From: an uncultured Methylococcales bacterium
Lineage (GTDB): Bacteria; Pseudomonadota; Gammaproteobacteria; Methylococcales; G963664935
Direction of reading: 5' to 3'
NCBI GenBank assembly: GCA_964653275.1
Contig: CAZZET010000003.1
Coordinates: 8,218 to 72,217, forward strand
DNA: 64,000 bases
Below the pieces are notes generated by a model that searched no databases, had not been told where the DNA came from, and saw only the letters and a list, made by a program, of their open reading frames with translations. How positions within the stretch are numbered: position 1 is the first letter of the stretch; each line of letters opens with the position of its first letter. The translations under genes were made by a program, and so were the position numbers. Shown piece after piece: positions 20,075 to 32,721 of the stretch.

Positions 20075-20703
20075 TTTCTGATCGATTTGGCAATGGGGTT
20101 GCTGCGTTATTAGCATTAGCTATGGTACCCACCATCATCCACAGTTATTTAGAAGCAAAAAACGAAGATGGCTACCATGCTCGATCGATCAATTTCGAAT
20201 TGGCGGATTTAAAATTTCTCGATACAACCCGACGGGATAGGTGGGTCATGAACATGTTTTCCGCCGAAGATTGGGTTGAAAGAACCACTCAAACCTCGGA
20301 AGGTTCCGAAATCCGCTTATTTGTCGGTCGATCATTCGACCCTAAACGACTGTATCATCATCCAGAGTTGGCACTACTGTACAATAAAGACATGCAAAAC
20401 AAAGGAGTGCATTTTTTAAAAGCGATAGGCGACATTCCTATACACCTACTTCAGCGGCGTAATAATACCGGAGTGGCGGCGTATTGCCTCTTATATGATG
20501 GAGCATTTGTAGATAATCCTATTTTATTCCAAATCTTAACATCCTTGAAATTACTGGTTAGCCCACGAAAACCCATGACGCTTTTTTTCGTTTACGATGA
20601 AGGCTTGCCATCAATACAATCAATTGAGGAATCAAAAGCTATTCAAGTACTCAATGCCGCGGTACGTGATTTCCAATCACAGCGCAACGGTGTATTTCCG
20701 TAG
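20071..20703 (+). CDS. Exosortase-associated EpsI-like protein (putative)
   Basis: 210 aa with a strong SD (AAGGAGG at 20057-20063). Its ATG overlaps the exosortase stop (ATGA). It has an N-terminal TM helix, and the segment RLFVGRSFDPKRLYHHPE loosely resembles the EpsI core. The assignment rests mainly on context. Confidence 0.45.
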   Translation: MISDRFGNGVAALLALAMVPTIIHSYLEAKNEDGYHARSINFELADLKFLDTTRRDRWVMNMFSAEDWVERTTQTSEGSEIRLFVGRSFDPKRLYHHPELALLYNKDMQNKGVHFLKAIGDIPIHLLQRRNNTGVAAYCLLYDGAFVDNPILFQILTSLKLLVSPRKPMTLFFVYDEGLPSIQSIEESKAIQVLNAAVRDFQSQRNGVFP

Positions 20704-20844
20704 CAAACATCCGTTCACAGTTGTTAGTTTAACTTAAAGTGACACGCATCGTTTTTTCAAAATCCATTACTCTTAATAACCCATTATCTGTTCACCGATA
20801 ACCATTATACTTTGACTCGTTTGAAATCCACTGGCGAACTCTAC

Positions 20845-23440
<2,596 letters not shown>

Positions 23441-23443
23441 TAT

Positions 23444-26400
23444 TTACACGGCCATTTTTACTGCATCGTCGATATCTACTGCCACCATCCTCGAAACACC
23501 GGGCTCATTCATGGTAATCCCTGTAAGCTGCTCAGCTATTTCCATAGTCACTTTATTGTGGGTTACAAAAAGAAACTGTATCCGTTCTGACATTTGCAAA
23601 ATCAGTTGGCTAAAGCGAACTACATTAGGATCGTCCAAAGGTGCATCAACCTCGTCAAGCAAACAAAATGGAGCAGGATTTAACTCGAATATGGCAAAAA
23701 CCAATGCTACTGCTGTCAAAGCTTTTTCTCCGCCAGATAACAAATGAATAGAGGTGTTTCTTTTACCCGGCGGGCGGGCCATAACGGCTACACCGCTGTC
23801 TAAGAGGTTCTCATCGCGTAACTCCAAATGAGCATCCCCCCCACCAAACAACAAAGGAAATTTATCTTTCAACCCATCATTAACCTGATCAAAGGTAATT
23901 TTAAATCGTTTTTTGCTTTCGTGGTCAATTTTTTTTATGGCTTCTTCCAGTGTCGATAGCGATTCCACTAAATCTTTATGTTGCCCGTTTAAAAAATTCA
24001 ATCGTTGTTCTTGAGATTCGTACTCTTCCACAGCCGTTAAATTGATTGTACCCAGCCGTTCAATTTGTTTGGACAAATTTTCCAACTTTTCCTGCCAGAG
24101 TTTTTCATCTGCATTATCTGGAATCAAAACTGCAATCGATTGTGCATCCACTGACATTTCTTGGAGCTGTTCTTCCAACGTCTGACGACGAACCCGCGCA
24201 GTTTGCATCTCGACCCGTGCTTTTTCGCCATATTCCCGCTGTTTTTCTATTTCTCTCTCTGTTCGAATTCGAGTTTCTCTAATTTCTGTAATATTCAGTT
24301 CCAGAGTCTCGAGCTGATTACGAGCACTCTTCATAGACTTTTCAATTTTTGAACGTGAATTTTTATACTGCTCCAATTGTTCAAGTTCAGAATCTAAAGG
24401 CTGACTCGATTGTTCTGTTCCGGTTTCAATCTCTTTTCGCCGAGCAATCGATTCTAAGTACTGCTGTTCTATCCGATTCAGATGCTTTTGTGTCAATGTT
24501 TCTGAAGATTTTAAAGATCCAATACGGTTTTTGATTTCATGAATCTCATTTTGAATTTTGAATACAGCTGCATTAACCTCCCGTAACTCCTTTTGAGTTT
24601 TTTCGTTTAAGTCTGACAATGTTTGTTTTTCCCACTCCATTGCGGACTTTTCCTGTTCTACTTTGGCTAACGAGTCACGAGTTTTAGCTATATCTTCTTT
24701 ATCAACTGATTGCTGCCGTCTAATTTCTTCCTGTTCGCTTTCTATCTGCTTTAACCTACTCCGGGTATTTTCATACCTAGTCCGGTCTGCACTGAGACGA
24801 GCATTGTGATCCGAAATTTGGCGATTCAATCGATCTAGCTGTTGTTGAAAATCCTGAATGCGCTTTTCACAACGCCTTTGCTGTTCTTCGAGTTGACCTG
24901 ATTTAGACTCCAGACCTTCAATTTCCAAATGCACGGATTGGCTTTCTACCGTCAGAGCTCTTAATTCTTTTTCGCGCTGCAATACTCCGAATTTTTTATT
25001 GGACCGTTTTTTTACAATGACCCACCCCGGGCCTTGCCATACCCCTTCCTGAACAATCACCGATTCATGATTCTTCAAGTTTTTAACCATGGAAACGGCA
25101 TCATCGAGGTTGTCGGCACAATACACACCCGACAGTAAGGAAGATAGATTCCATGGAGATTGAATCCGATCGACTAATGCGACAGCAGCTTGTCTAGGTG
25201 GAGTGGGATGTTGGCAAACTGTATCAAAAATCGTCAATGTTCCGTCCCCTATTTGACCAATTTCCTCTAACACTGAGGTAATATCCCCCAGGCAGACTGC
25301 CTCCAAATAAGTATCTAAAACAATTTCAACAGCGTTCTCCCATCCCTGTTTAACTTCCAAAAATTGCGAAAGACGCGGTGCATCTTCCAAAGCCATTTTT
25401 TTTAACCAATTTCGAGTTGCCTTCTGATCCTTACCCAAAGCATGCTTTTGAAGCATTTCCAAGGATGAAATCTTGCCATTCGTTGTCTGCAGAATATTCC
25501 TACGTTCGTTTAAGTTTGTAAATGTGGTTCTGAGGTGTTGGCGAAGTCCTTCAATTTCTTGGTGGTCAGTTTCTAGTTTGCTTTGAATATCCTGTCGCTC
25601 GGATATTAACTGCGATAGAGTCTCTTCCAATACTGGGATTGTCTTTCCACAATCCTTGGATAGGATTTCAGTCTGCTCTTCGACCAAACGTTGGAATCGA
25701 TGACCAAAATACTCCTCTTGTTTTTCCAATTGTTCTATTCGCGCACGCTGGACTTCAACTTGTTCCTTGGACACAGCACGTCTATCATTCAGGTCGTCCC
25801 ATTTTATTTGCCATTTGTTATGCTGCTCTACAACAATATTTTGACGATCCAATAACTCCGTTTCCAGCTCACCGCACTGTATTAATTTTGTTTGAGTAGA
25901 ATCCAGTTCGCCTTGGATTTGTTTCAATTGTTGTTTATCCTGGTCAAGGTCTTGGCCAATTTGTTTACTTTGCTCGTTTAAACGACCCAACTCAGTTTTC
26001 AATGCTTCACGGCTCGCACGTGCGTGCTTGATTGTTTGTTCCAACCGACTTATTTCGGAACCGATTTCGTAAAATTCACCTTGAATTTCATTCAATACTT
26101 GTTGTTGTTTTTTAATCGACTCGCGTCCTTCTTCTTGAGATTTATCGACCCGTTGCTGCTCTAATAATAATCCTTTGAGGGTCTCGTTCAGCGATTGAAT
26201 CTGTTCAGAATCTTGTTGATGTTTTTGATCCTGACTCCGCCAACGCATAGCTAGTAGTTCTTGTTTGATCGTCCGCTGTTCCTGTTTTAGGAATTTGAAT
26301 TTTTCCGCTTTTTTAGCTTGGCGTTTTAAATGATTGAGTTGCTTGGAGACTTCGTCCCGAACATCTTCGAGTCGATCTAGATTTTCCCGGGTATGTCCCA

Positions 26401-26950
26401 TGCGCAATGCTGTTTCGCGCCGACGTTCCTTATATTTAGATATTCCGGCTGCCTCCTCTAGAAGTTCCCGGAGTTCGTCAGGCTTAGCCTCGATTAAACG
26501 TGCGATCATACCCTGTTCAATAATTGCATAGCTCCGAGACCCTACCCCGGTACCCAAAAATAAATCGGTTATGTCCTTTCTTCTACAACGAGTGCTATTA
26601 AGCAAATAGACAGACTGGCCGTCACGCGATACCTGTCGTTTTACAGAGAGTGTATTGTAGTTGGCGAATTCACCACCGATAGGATTTTCCTGGTTATCGA
26701 AGATCAATTCGACCGAAGCCATTGCCACAGGCTTTCTCGCAGAGGATCCATTAAAAATCACATCGGCCATTTTATCCCCGCGAAGGTGTTTAGCTGAGCT
26801 TTCTCCCATTACCCATCGAACAGCGTCGATGATATTGGATTTACCGCATCCATTGGGACCTACAATCCCGATTAGGTTGCCGGATATTGGGATAGTAATC
26901 GGATCAACAAACGACTTAAAGCCCGCAAGCTTAATCTTATCAAGTCGCAT
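23444..26950 (-). CDS. smc: Chromosome segregation protein SMC
   Basis: 1168 aa. It has the Walker A motif GPNGCGKSN, long coiled coils, a hinge, the signature LSGGEK and the Walker B motif FCLLDEVDAPLD. Confidence 0.95.
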   Translation of the reverse strand: MRLDKIKLAGFKSFVDPITIPISGNLIGIVGPNGCGKSNIIDAVRWVMGESSAKHLRGDKMADVIFNGSSARKPVAMASVELIFDNQENPIGGEFANYNTLSVKRQVSRDGQSVYLLNSTRCRRKDITDLFLGTGVGSRSYAIIEQGMIARLIEAKPDELRELLEEAAGISKYKERRRETALRMGHTRENLDRLEDVRDEVSKQLNHLKRQAKKAEKFKFLKQEQRTIKQELLAMRWRSQDQKHQQDSEQIQSLNETLKGLLLEQQRVDKSQEEGRESIKKQQQVLNEIQGEFYEIGSEISRLEQTIKHARASREALKTELGRLNEQSKQIGQDLDQDKQQLKQIQGELDSTQTKLIQCGELETELLDRQNIVVEQHNKWQIKWDDLNDRRAVSKEQVEVQRARIEQLEKQEEYFGHRFQRLVEEQTEILSKDCGKTIPVLEETLSQLISERQDIQSKLETDHQEIEGLRQHLRTTFTNLNERRNILQTTNGKISSLEMLQKHALGKDQKATRNWLKKMALEDAPRLSQFLEVKQGWENAVEIVLDTYLEAVCLGDITSVLEEIGQIGDGTLTIFDTVCQHPTPPRQAAVALVDRIQSPWNLSSLLSGVYCADNLDDAVSMVKNLKNHESVIVQEGVWQGPGWVIVKKRSNKKFGVLQREKELRALTVESQSVHLEIEGLESKSGQLEEQQRRCEKRIQDFQQQLDRLNRQISDHNARLSADRTRYENTRSRLKQIESEQEEIRRQQSVDKEDIAKTRDSLAKVEQEKSAMEWEKQTLSDLNEKTQKELREVNAAVFKIQNEIHEIKNRIGSLKSSETLTQKHLNRIEQQYLESIARRKEIETGTEQSSQPLDSELEQLEQYKNSRSKIEKSMKSARNQLETLELNITEIRETRIRTEREIEKQREYGEKARVEMQTARVRRQTLEEQLQEMSVDAQSIAVLIPDNADEKLWQEKLENLSKQIERLGTINLTAVEEYESQEQRLNFLNGQHKDLVESLSTLEEAIKKIDHESKKRFKITFDQVNDGLKDKFPLLFGGGDAHLELRDENLLDSGVAVMARPPGKRNTSIHLLSGGEKALTAVALVFAIFELNPAPFCLLDEVDAPLDDPNVVRFSQLILQMSERIQFLFVTHNKVTMEIAEQLTGITMNEPGVSRMVAVDIDDAVKMAV

Positions 26951-27090
26951 TCTTAAGCAGTCTTAATCTAGAAAATATGTAACTATTCAAGCCAATTTGG
27001 TACGATTGGATGGAAAATGCACCGTATTATTATGCTTTAGCGTCTAAATGTCATCCCCATAAAGAACAACAGTTGTGAATAAGCATTTCA

Positions 27091-27480
27091 ATGAACGCAA
27101 AACCCAGTAAAAAACTCGAGGTCTTCGAGAACCCCGAGCCCAGTCGAGATTATTTGATTTGCATCAAAATACCGGAGTTTACCTGCCTGTGCCCAAAAAC
27201 GGGGCAACCAGACTTCGCAACTATCACCATTGAATACGTACCAGACAAAATCTGTGTCGAACTCAAATCAATTAAACTCTACATGTGGTCTTTTAGGGAT
27301 GAGGGAGCTTTTCACGAAGCAGTGACCAATGCGATTCTAAATGATTTTGTTGGCATTTGCAGTCCGCGATTTATGAGGGTTAAAGCGGCATTTAAAGTAA
27401 GAGGGGGGATTTATACGACGGTTGTAGTGGAGCATAGGAAACTGGGGTGGGAAGCTGAGAATGGATTTACCCTGATTTAG
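27091..27480 (+). CDS. queF: NADPH-dependent 7-cyano-7-deazaguanine (preQ0) reductase, unimodular type
   Basis: 129 aa. The catalytic Cys is in [11 protein letters not shown] and the QueF motif is [14 protein letters not shown]. Confidence 0.9.
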   Translation: MNAKPSKKLEVFENPEPSRDYLICIKIPEFTCLCPKTGQPDFATITIEYVPDKICVELKSIKLYMWSFRDEGAFHEAVTNAILNDFVGICSPRFMRVKAAFKVRGGIYTTVVVEHRKLGWEAENGFTLI

Positions 27481-27545
27481 TAAAATCAGATCCTGGAACG
27501 GTACAACTCGTATGGGGTCCATCTATCACGGTACTGGAAAAAATT

Positions 27546-27671
27546 ATGAAATATATTCTTGCCATCGATCAAGGCACAACGAGTTCACATTGTATTGTTT
27601 ACGATCAGCTAGCCAACCCAGAAATTAGACCGAAATGGGGAATCGTTAAACTAAGACCGATGATATCTTGA
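27546..27671 (+). pseudogene. glpK: Glycerol kinase 5' remnant
   Basis: The first 21 codons, MKYILAIDQGTTSSHCIVYDQ, match the FGGY/GlpK N-terminus, including the DQGTTSS phosphate-binding motif. Similarity is lost after about nt 27608, and the frame stops at 27671 (41 aa versus about 500 aa for the intact enzyme). Confidence 0.7.
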
Positions 27672-27880
27672 AAAAAATCGGGGATTGATTGGGCACCTAG
27701 AAATATCACACCAAAAGACATAAACCAAGCCAGCGATAGAATCAGGCGAATATGCCAATCGATCAGAAAGGCAAAGCTGCGGCCACCAAGTCCAACCTCA
27801 GGCAAGTGGATGTCGACACCATCAGCCGTCTGTAATTCTAGAAAATCACCTTTTAAAGATTGTTTAGCGATTGTCCCCAT
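27605..27880 (-). CDS. RDD-family membrane protein, probably C-terminally truncated
   Basis: The ORF track opens with TTG at 27961. The likely start is the ATG at 27880 (MGTIAKQ...). The RDD-like core is GLGGRSFAFLIDWHIRLIL, followed by a TM segment. The ORF ends exactly where the glpK remnant loses similarity. Confidence 0.45.
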   Translation of the reverse strand: MGTIAKQSLKGDFLELQTADGVDIHLPEVGLGGRSFAFLIDWHIRLILSLAWFMSFGVIFLGAQSIPDFFQDIIGLSLTIPHFGLISGLAS

Positions 27881-27982
27881 TGCGTCGAGATTTTTCTCTG
27901 CATCGAAACCTAACATTAAGCTTAGGCACCGCACAGAAAAAAGTTTGAAACCATATTTCAACTTTAATTTCGATAAAATTTG

Positions 27983-28795
27983 TTAAGATTTCTCGCGAAA
28001 CGGGGCATCGTACAAAATCGTCCCATCTTCGTACCAGATTTTCCAGTGCCCATCCCTTCGACCTTTTATATATTGACGCTCTTCTTGTTTCTGTCCATTT
28101 TCATACCAATGCGTCCTAATCCCGTCAATCTCCCCGTTTACAAAACTAGCTTCATTGCGTTTTGATCCATTGGCGTACCATTCGATCATCTTTCCATTTT
28201 CAATACCATCCTGATAAGTTCCTTCGGAAGCTTGTTGCCCATTTTCGTGCCATCGCATCGTTTTGCCGTCGATCTCTCCGGCTTTATAAGGATTAACAAA
28301 TTTAATCTGCCCATTTTTATACCAACTGATGGTTTTACCATGTCGCTTCCCGGCTTTATAGGTTATTTCCTCTTTTTGTTGACCGCCAGGATACCAACTT
28401 TGCCAAGTATCTGACCGAGAGCCATTTTCGTAGTTGCCTTTCTGTTTGAGTTGGCCAGCTTTATGCCAAAATGTGACTGCACCGTGTTTTTTTCCATTTA
28501 CATAAAATAACTCCTTTTTTTCCCTTCCATTCTTGTGCCAAAGCTTTACCAATCCATCCAATTTTCCTTCCTTATAGTTTGCTTTTTTCTTAATATTTCC
28601 ATTCGTAAAATAAGTCACTAACTCCCCACTAAAAGTCTTACCACTTACCCTATCGTAAACAATACCGTCTCTAACCTCAGTATTGTTTAATTGATTGATT
28701 TTAGGGGACTTATCAACTGGCTCTTGATTTTCAGAACACCCTACCAGTATCAAAATCAACCCCAGCAATAAGCACAACAACACACTTTTTTTCAT
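27983..28795 (-). CDS. MORN-variant (YwqK-like) repeat lipoprotein
   Basis: The likely start is the ATG at 28795 (MKKSVLLCLLLGLILILVGC, lipobox). About 8-9 tandem ~23-aa repeats follow, of the form Y.NG....E..Y..G..dG....W..NG. Confidence 0.75.
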   Translation of the reverse strand: MKKSVLLCLLLGLILILVGCSENQEPVDKSPKINQLNNTEVRDGIVYDRVSGKTFSGELVTYFTNGNIKKKANYKEGKLDGLVKLWHKNGREKKELFYVNGKKHGAVTFWHKAGQLKQKGNYENGSRSDTWQSWYPGGQQKEEITYKAGKRHGKTISWYKNGQIKFVNPYKAGEIDGKTMRWHENGQQASEGTYQDGIENGKMIEWYANGSKRNEASFVNGEIDGIRTHWYENGQKQEERQYIKGRRDGHWKIWYEDGTILYDAPFREKS

Positions 28796-28868
28796 CGATT
28801 CTTCCCACAATGATAAAAATAAAAACATTGGAACAACATTATTAATAAATGCTGATTCATCGATTATC

Positions 28869-29792
28869 TTAACGATATCTGACCTTTGGGTCGATAACAC
28901 CATATAAAACGTCAACTATCAAATTAAAGCCAATAATTAGCGTACCATAAAAAATAACAATCCCCATCACCAAGGTATAGTCACGATTTAAGGCACCCTG
29001 GACGAAATAACGACCAACACCGGGAAGGCCAAAAATCTGTTCAATAACAACAGAACCCGTAATAATTGCGGCAACTGCCGGTCCAAAATAGGATAAAACC
29101 GGTAAAATTGCAGGCGGCAAGGCATGGCGTAGAATGATGATGGTATCCGATAAGCCCTTAGCGCGCGCCGTCAAAATGTATGGACTTCCCAAAACTTCAA
29201 TCATACTTCCACGCATTAGTCTCGCAATATACGCTAACTGAGGCACCGCCAAACAGATGATTGGAAGTACCCGATGGCTAAAATGTCCATTATTCCAACT
29301 GCCTGCGGGAAACCAATCCAAATTGACCGCAAAAAAGAGGATCAGCAAAGGTGCCAACACAAAATTTGGAATAGCAATTCCAAGCATTGCGACCGACATG
29401 AAAACATGATCTATAAACGTATTTTGCTTCAAAGCCGAAAAACCCCCCAATAAACAACCGATAAAAACAGCAATGATCATTGCTGTCAATCCAAGGGATA
29501 AAGAAACCGGAAATCCTGAACGAATAAGCTCGTTCACTCCGTAATCCTGGTATTGAAAGGAGGGTCCGAAATCGCAGTGAATTATATTCCAAAAATAACG
29601 GCAAAATTGAAACAATAAAGATTCATCTAGATGGTAAATTCTATCCAGATTAGCTTGAATTTGAGGTGGGAGTTTTTTTTCTAGGTCAAATGGACCTCCT
29701 GGCGCGATCCGAATGAGAAAAAACGCCAAAGTAATAAGGATAAACATTGTTGGTATTGCACCCAGAACTCGACGTACGATATAGGCTAACAT
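28869..29792 (-). CDS. oppB: Oligopeptide/dipeptide ABC transporter permease (OppB/DppB type)
   Basis: 307 aa starting MLAYIVRRVLGAIPTMFILITLAFFLIR. It has the EAA-loop region YILTARAKGLS and the full-length C-terminus DVLYGVIDPKVRYR. Confidence 0.88.
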   Translation of the reverse strand: MLAYIVRRVLGAIPTMFILITLAFFLIRIAPGGPFDLEKKLPPQIQANLDRIYHLDESLLFQFCRYFWNIIHCDFGPSFQYQDYGVNELIRSGFPVSLSLGLTAMIIAVFIGCLLGGFSALKQNTFIDHVFMSVAMLGIAIPNFVLAPLLILFFAVNLDWFPAGSWNNGHFSHRVLPIICLAVPQLAYIARLMRGSMIEVLGSPYILTARAKGLSDTIIILRHALPPAILPVLSYFGPAVAAIITGSVVIEQIFGLPGVGRYFVQGALNRDYTLVMGIVIFYGTLIIGFNLIVDVLYGVIDPKVRYR

Positions 29793-29806
29793 TCCGAAAT
29801 CTATTT

Positions 29807-31465
29807 TTAATGTTCTAAAATACGAAAGTGCTTAGTGTAATGGTGATCCATAACATTGCCCACAAACCCGCGAACATAAGGTTTAATTAAACTTTTACTA
29901 ACATAGAAATAAATGGGAATGATTGGACAATCGGAAAGCAAAACGCGTTCTGCTTCCTCCAGCAATAGCCGACGCTTACTCGGTTGTGTTTCCAGAGACG
30001 CCTGGGCAAGCAGTTGATCGTAATATGGGTTCCTATAACCTACATCATTAATTCCATGGTTTGAATACATCAGTTCCGCGAAGGTATATGCATCATTATA
30101 ATCACCTATCCACCCTGCTCGGAAAACCTGAGTGACCTGTTTTTGTTTTCGGTTTTTTAAAAATACTTTCCATTCTTCGTTCACCAATTTCGTGGTTACC
30201 CCAAGCTCCTTTTTCCACATCGCTGCTACAGCAATGGCGATTTTCTTATGATTTTCACTGGTGTTGTACCGAAGTTCTAGGTGTAACGGATTTTTTTCTG
30301 AATACCCCGAAATCTGATACAGCTTTTTTGCTTCAGCCAATCGCTGTTGTCTTTTCATTGATTTAAATTGAAAACTTTGTGCCGCATAATCCGAAACGGC
30401 TGGTGGAACCCAACCATAGGCCGGTATCTCACCTAATCCGCTGATTTTTTCGGTAATAATCTCCCGATCTATGGCCATTGACAACGCTACACGTAGCGCC
30501 CGATGATCCTTGAATGGGGGTTTCGTCAAATTGAATCCGTAATAATAGGTACCTAGGTAAGGTGAAACCTTTAACTCATCCCCCAAATTCTTTCGAATCC
30601 ACGCTATTTCCCCAAGAGGAATTGTCTCGGTCCAATCGAGTTCTCCCGCGCGATATCGCCTTAATTCAGCCGATTGATCTTCAACAACATAGTAAGTTAC
30701 CTTATCGATTGCAGTCTTAGAATCATTCCAGTATTCGGAATTACGCTCTAAACTGATATGCGATTGCACTACCCACCCGTTTAGTCGATAAGCACCATTG
30801 GACACCAAGTTTCCAGGCCGCGCAAATTTTCTACCATATTTTTCTATAGCAGGTTGATATACCGGATAGGTGGTTGAATGGGTAAGCAATCCCAAAAAAT
30901 AAGGGGTCGGCGCTTTTAAAGTAATTTCCAGGTTGTGGGTACTTAAGGCGTTAACACCTAAGGTTTCAACCGATTTCGCACCCGTTATAATATCCTCAGC
31001 GTTAACAATCGACGATAAAATTTGAGAGTACTTTGAACCCGTTGCCGGGTTTACGCTTCTGCGAAAGCTATACACGAAATCCTGTGCCGTGACCGGTTCG
31101 CCGTTCGACCATCTAGCGTCTTGTCGAATTTGAAAGGTATAAACGGTCCCTGCTGGGCTAATTTCCCACTTTTGCGCAGCACCGGGCAACAGACGCCCAT
31201 CAGGCGCCTCAGTAATCAAACCCTCATAAAGATCACGTAAGATATTCGACGAAGGAACACCTTCCGCTTTATGGGGGTCAAGCGTTTGTGGTTCGGCCCC
31301 GTTACCCCTCCTAAGAACCTGATCGCTCGATTTAGAAATACTTCGTCCAATAATATTGAGATTTGGTTTATTTTCAATAGCTTCCTCTGAGGAACAGGAC
31401 ATTAAAATAAGCAAATATCCTATAACCAAATTAGTAGCATTCTTTGGATTTGTTAATGACGTCAT
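29807..31465 (-). CDS. oppA: Peptide ABC transporter substrate-binding lipoprotein (family 5, OppA type)
   Basis: 552 aa with the lipobox LMSC. SBP_bac_5-like motifs include LYEGLI, WSNGEPVTAQDFVYSF and GWIGDYNDAYTF. It lies directly upstream of oppB. Confidence 0.88.
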   Translation of the reverse strand: MTSLTNPKNATNLVIGYLLILMSCSSEEAIENKPNLNIIGRSISKSSDQVLRRGNGAEPQTLDPHKAEGVPSSNILRDLYEGLITEAPDGRLLPGAAQKWEISPAGTVYTFQIRQDARWSNGEPVTAQDFVYSFRRSVNPATGSKYSQILSSIVNAEDIITGAKSVETLGVNALSTHNLEITLKAPTPYFLGLLTHSTTYPVYQPAIEKYGRKFARPGNLVSNGAYRLNGWVVQSHISLERNSEYWNDSKTAIDKVTYYVVEDQSAELRRYRAGELDWTETIPLGEIAWIRKNLGDELKVSPYLGTYYYGFNLTKPPFKDHRALRVALSMAIDREIITEKISGLGEIPAYGWVPPAVSDYAAQSFQFKSMKRQQRLAEAKKLYQISGYSEKNPLHLELRYNTSENHKKIAIAVAAMWKKELGVTTKLVNEEWKVFLKNRKQKQVTQVFRAGWIGDYNDAYTFAELMYSNHGINDVGYRNPYYDQLLAQASLETQPSKRRLLLEEAERVLLSDCPIIPIYFYVSKSLIKPYVRGFVGNVMDHHYTKHFRILEH

Positions 31466-31703
31466 TATTCTAAAGTATCCATCAGCATCTTAAGGCTGGA
31501 CATGATAACAGGGGTCGTAGATACTTCTCATATATTAGGCATCTAGAAAAGATTAGTTTTCCACAGTTGGGTTGTATACAGCTTCGTACTAAGAAGCTGC
31601 AAAGTGTGACCACATACCCTTTGTTCCAAGACGAAGCCAAAAATCACTGGTGATTTAATCTTTGCAAGATCCTAGATTTCCAATAAAAAATAAGGAGGAC
31701 AAT

Positions 31704-32483
31704 ATGGGTTTTATGCAAGGCAAACGTGTCTTGATAGTAGGATTGGCCAGTAATCGTTCTATCGCTTCAGGAATTGCAAAAGCAATGCACCGTGAAGGTG
31801 CTCAACTTGCTTTTACCTACCAAAATGAGAAATTAAAAGACCGTGTTGAAAAAATGGCCATGGAGTGTAGTAGTGACATCACCTTAGAATGTGATGTCAC
31901 AAGTGACCATCAAATTAGTTCAGTTTTTAACACTTTAGAAAAATATTGGGACGGATTAGACGGTATCGTCCATTCAGTTGCGTTTGCTCCCCGGGAAGCC
32001 CTCGAAGGCGAATACATAGACGCCGTAACTCGAGAGAATTTCGCAATTGCGCATGATATCAGCTCATACAGTTTTGCAGCACTGGGAAAAGCGGGTCAAT
32101 ATATGATGGAAGGACGCAATGGTGCTTTGCTGACATTAAGCTACTTAGGGGCTGTACGGGTAATCCCTAACTACAACGTCATGGGCGTCGCCAAAGCTAG
32201 TCTCGAAGCTAATGTCCGATATATGGCAGCCGCATTGGGTCCCAAAGGAATAAGAGTTAACGCAGTTTCGGCAGGGCCTATGAAAACCTTGGCATCAGCC
32301 GGTATTAGTAATTTCAAAGAAATGCTCAAAAAAGCTGCTGGCGCTGCTCCTTTGCGAAAAAACGTTACGCTTGAAGAAGTTGGAAATACAGCTGCATTTC
32401 TGTGTTCCGACCTGGCATCCGGTATCACTGGAGAAATAACTTATGTTGACGCTGGATATAACATAACGGGATTCAACCTTTGA
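31704..32483 (+). CDS. fabI: Enoyl-[acyl-carrier-protein] reductase (NADH)
   Basis: The ORF track starts at 31662. The better start is the ATG at 31704, behind the SD AAGGAGG. The N-terminus is [25 protein letters not shown]. Catalytic Tyr/Lys residues lie in the region [23 protein letters not shown]. Confidence 0.93.
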   Translation: MGFMQGKRVLIVGLASNRSIASGIAKAMHREGAQLAFTYQNEKLKDRVEKMAMECSSDITLECDVTSDHQISSVFNTLEKYWDGLDGIVHSVAFAPREALEGEYIDAVTRENFAIAHDISSYSFAALGKAGQYMMEGRNGALLTLSYLGAVRVIPNYNVMGVAKASLEANVRYMAAALGPKGIRVNAVSAGPMKTLASAGISNFKEMLKKAAGAAPLRKNVTLEEVGNTAAFLCSDLASGITGEITYVDAGYNITGFNL

Positions 32484-32721
32484 CACAAATGCTTTTATAA
32501 ATACTTTATCTATATTCCGGCGCCCCATATCGCAATGGAATATAGGTAAGGACTTTAACGATCAACGAGGTATTGGCAAGACCAAGTTTAGTGTCTTCTC
32601 GAAACCGATTCGCTATGAATTCTTTGACTACCTATTCACCGCTGCAACGACACGTACAAGGTTGATAGACTTGGCATGACGTAAAGTCACGCCCGTCATA
32701 CTATGAATCACGAGTGAACCG

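Noticed and set aside
26951-27090. I looked for a preQ1 riboswitch upstream of queF.
   Set aside because: I could identify no preQ1-I/II-like hairpin plus A-rich tail by eye. queF itself is not a typical riboswitch-controlled gene.
28000-28650. Periodic ~69-bp DNA repetition that could be mistaken for a repeat array.
   Set aside because: The periodicity is in-frame and corresponds to the ~23-aa MORN/YwqK protein repeats of a continuous ORF. The units are divergent at DNA level and there is no repeat-spacer structure.
32467-32679. 70-codon stop-free plus-strand stretch downstream of fabI, translating to ...WNIGKDFNDQRGIGKTKFSVFSKPIRYEFFDYLFTAATTRTRLIDLA. It could be a gene remnant.
   Set aside because: It has no ATG or GTG start codon and only TTG codons near its end. 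I recognise no family, and a stretch of this length can arise by chance across six frames of many intergenic regions. It would need a database search to revive.
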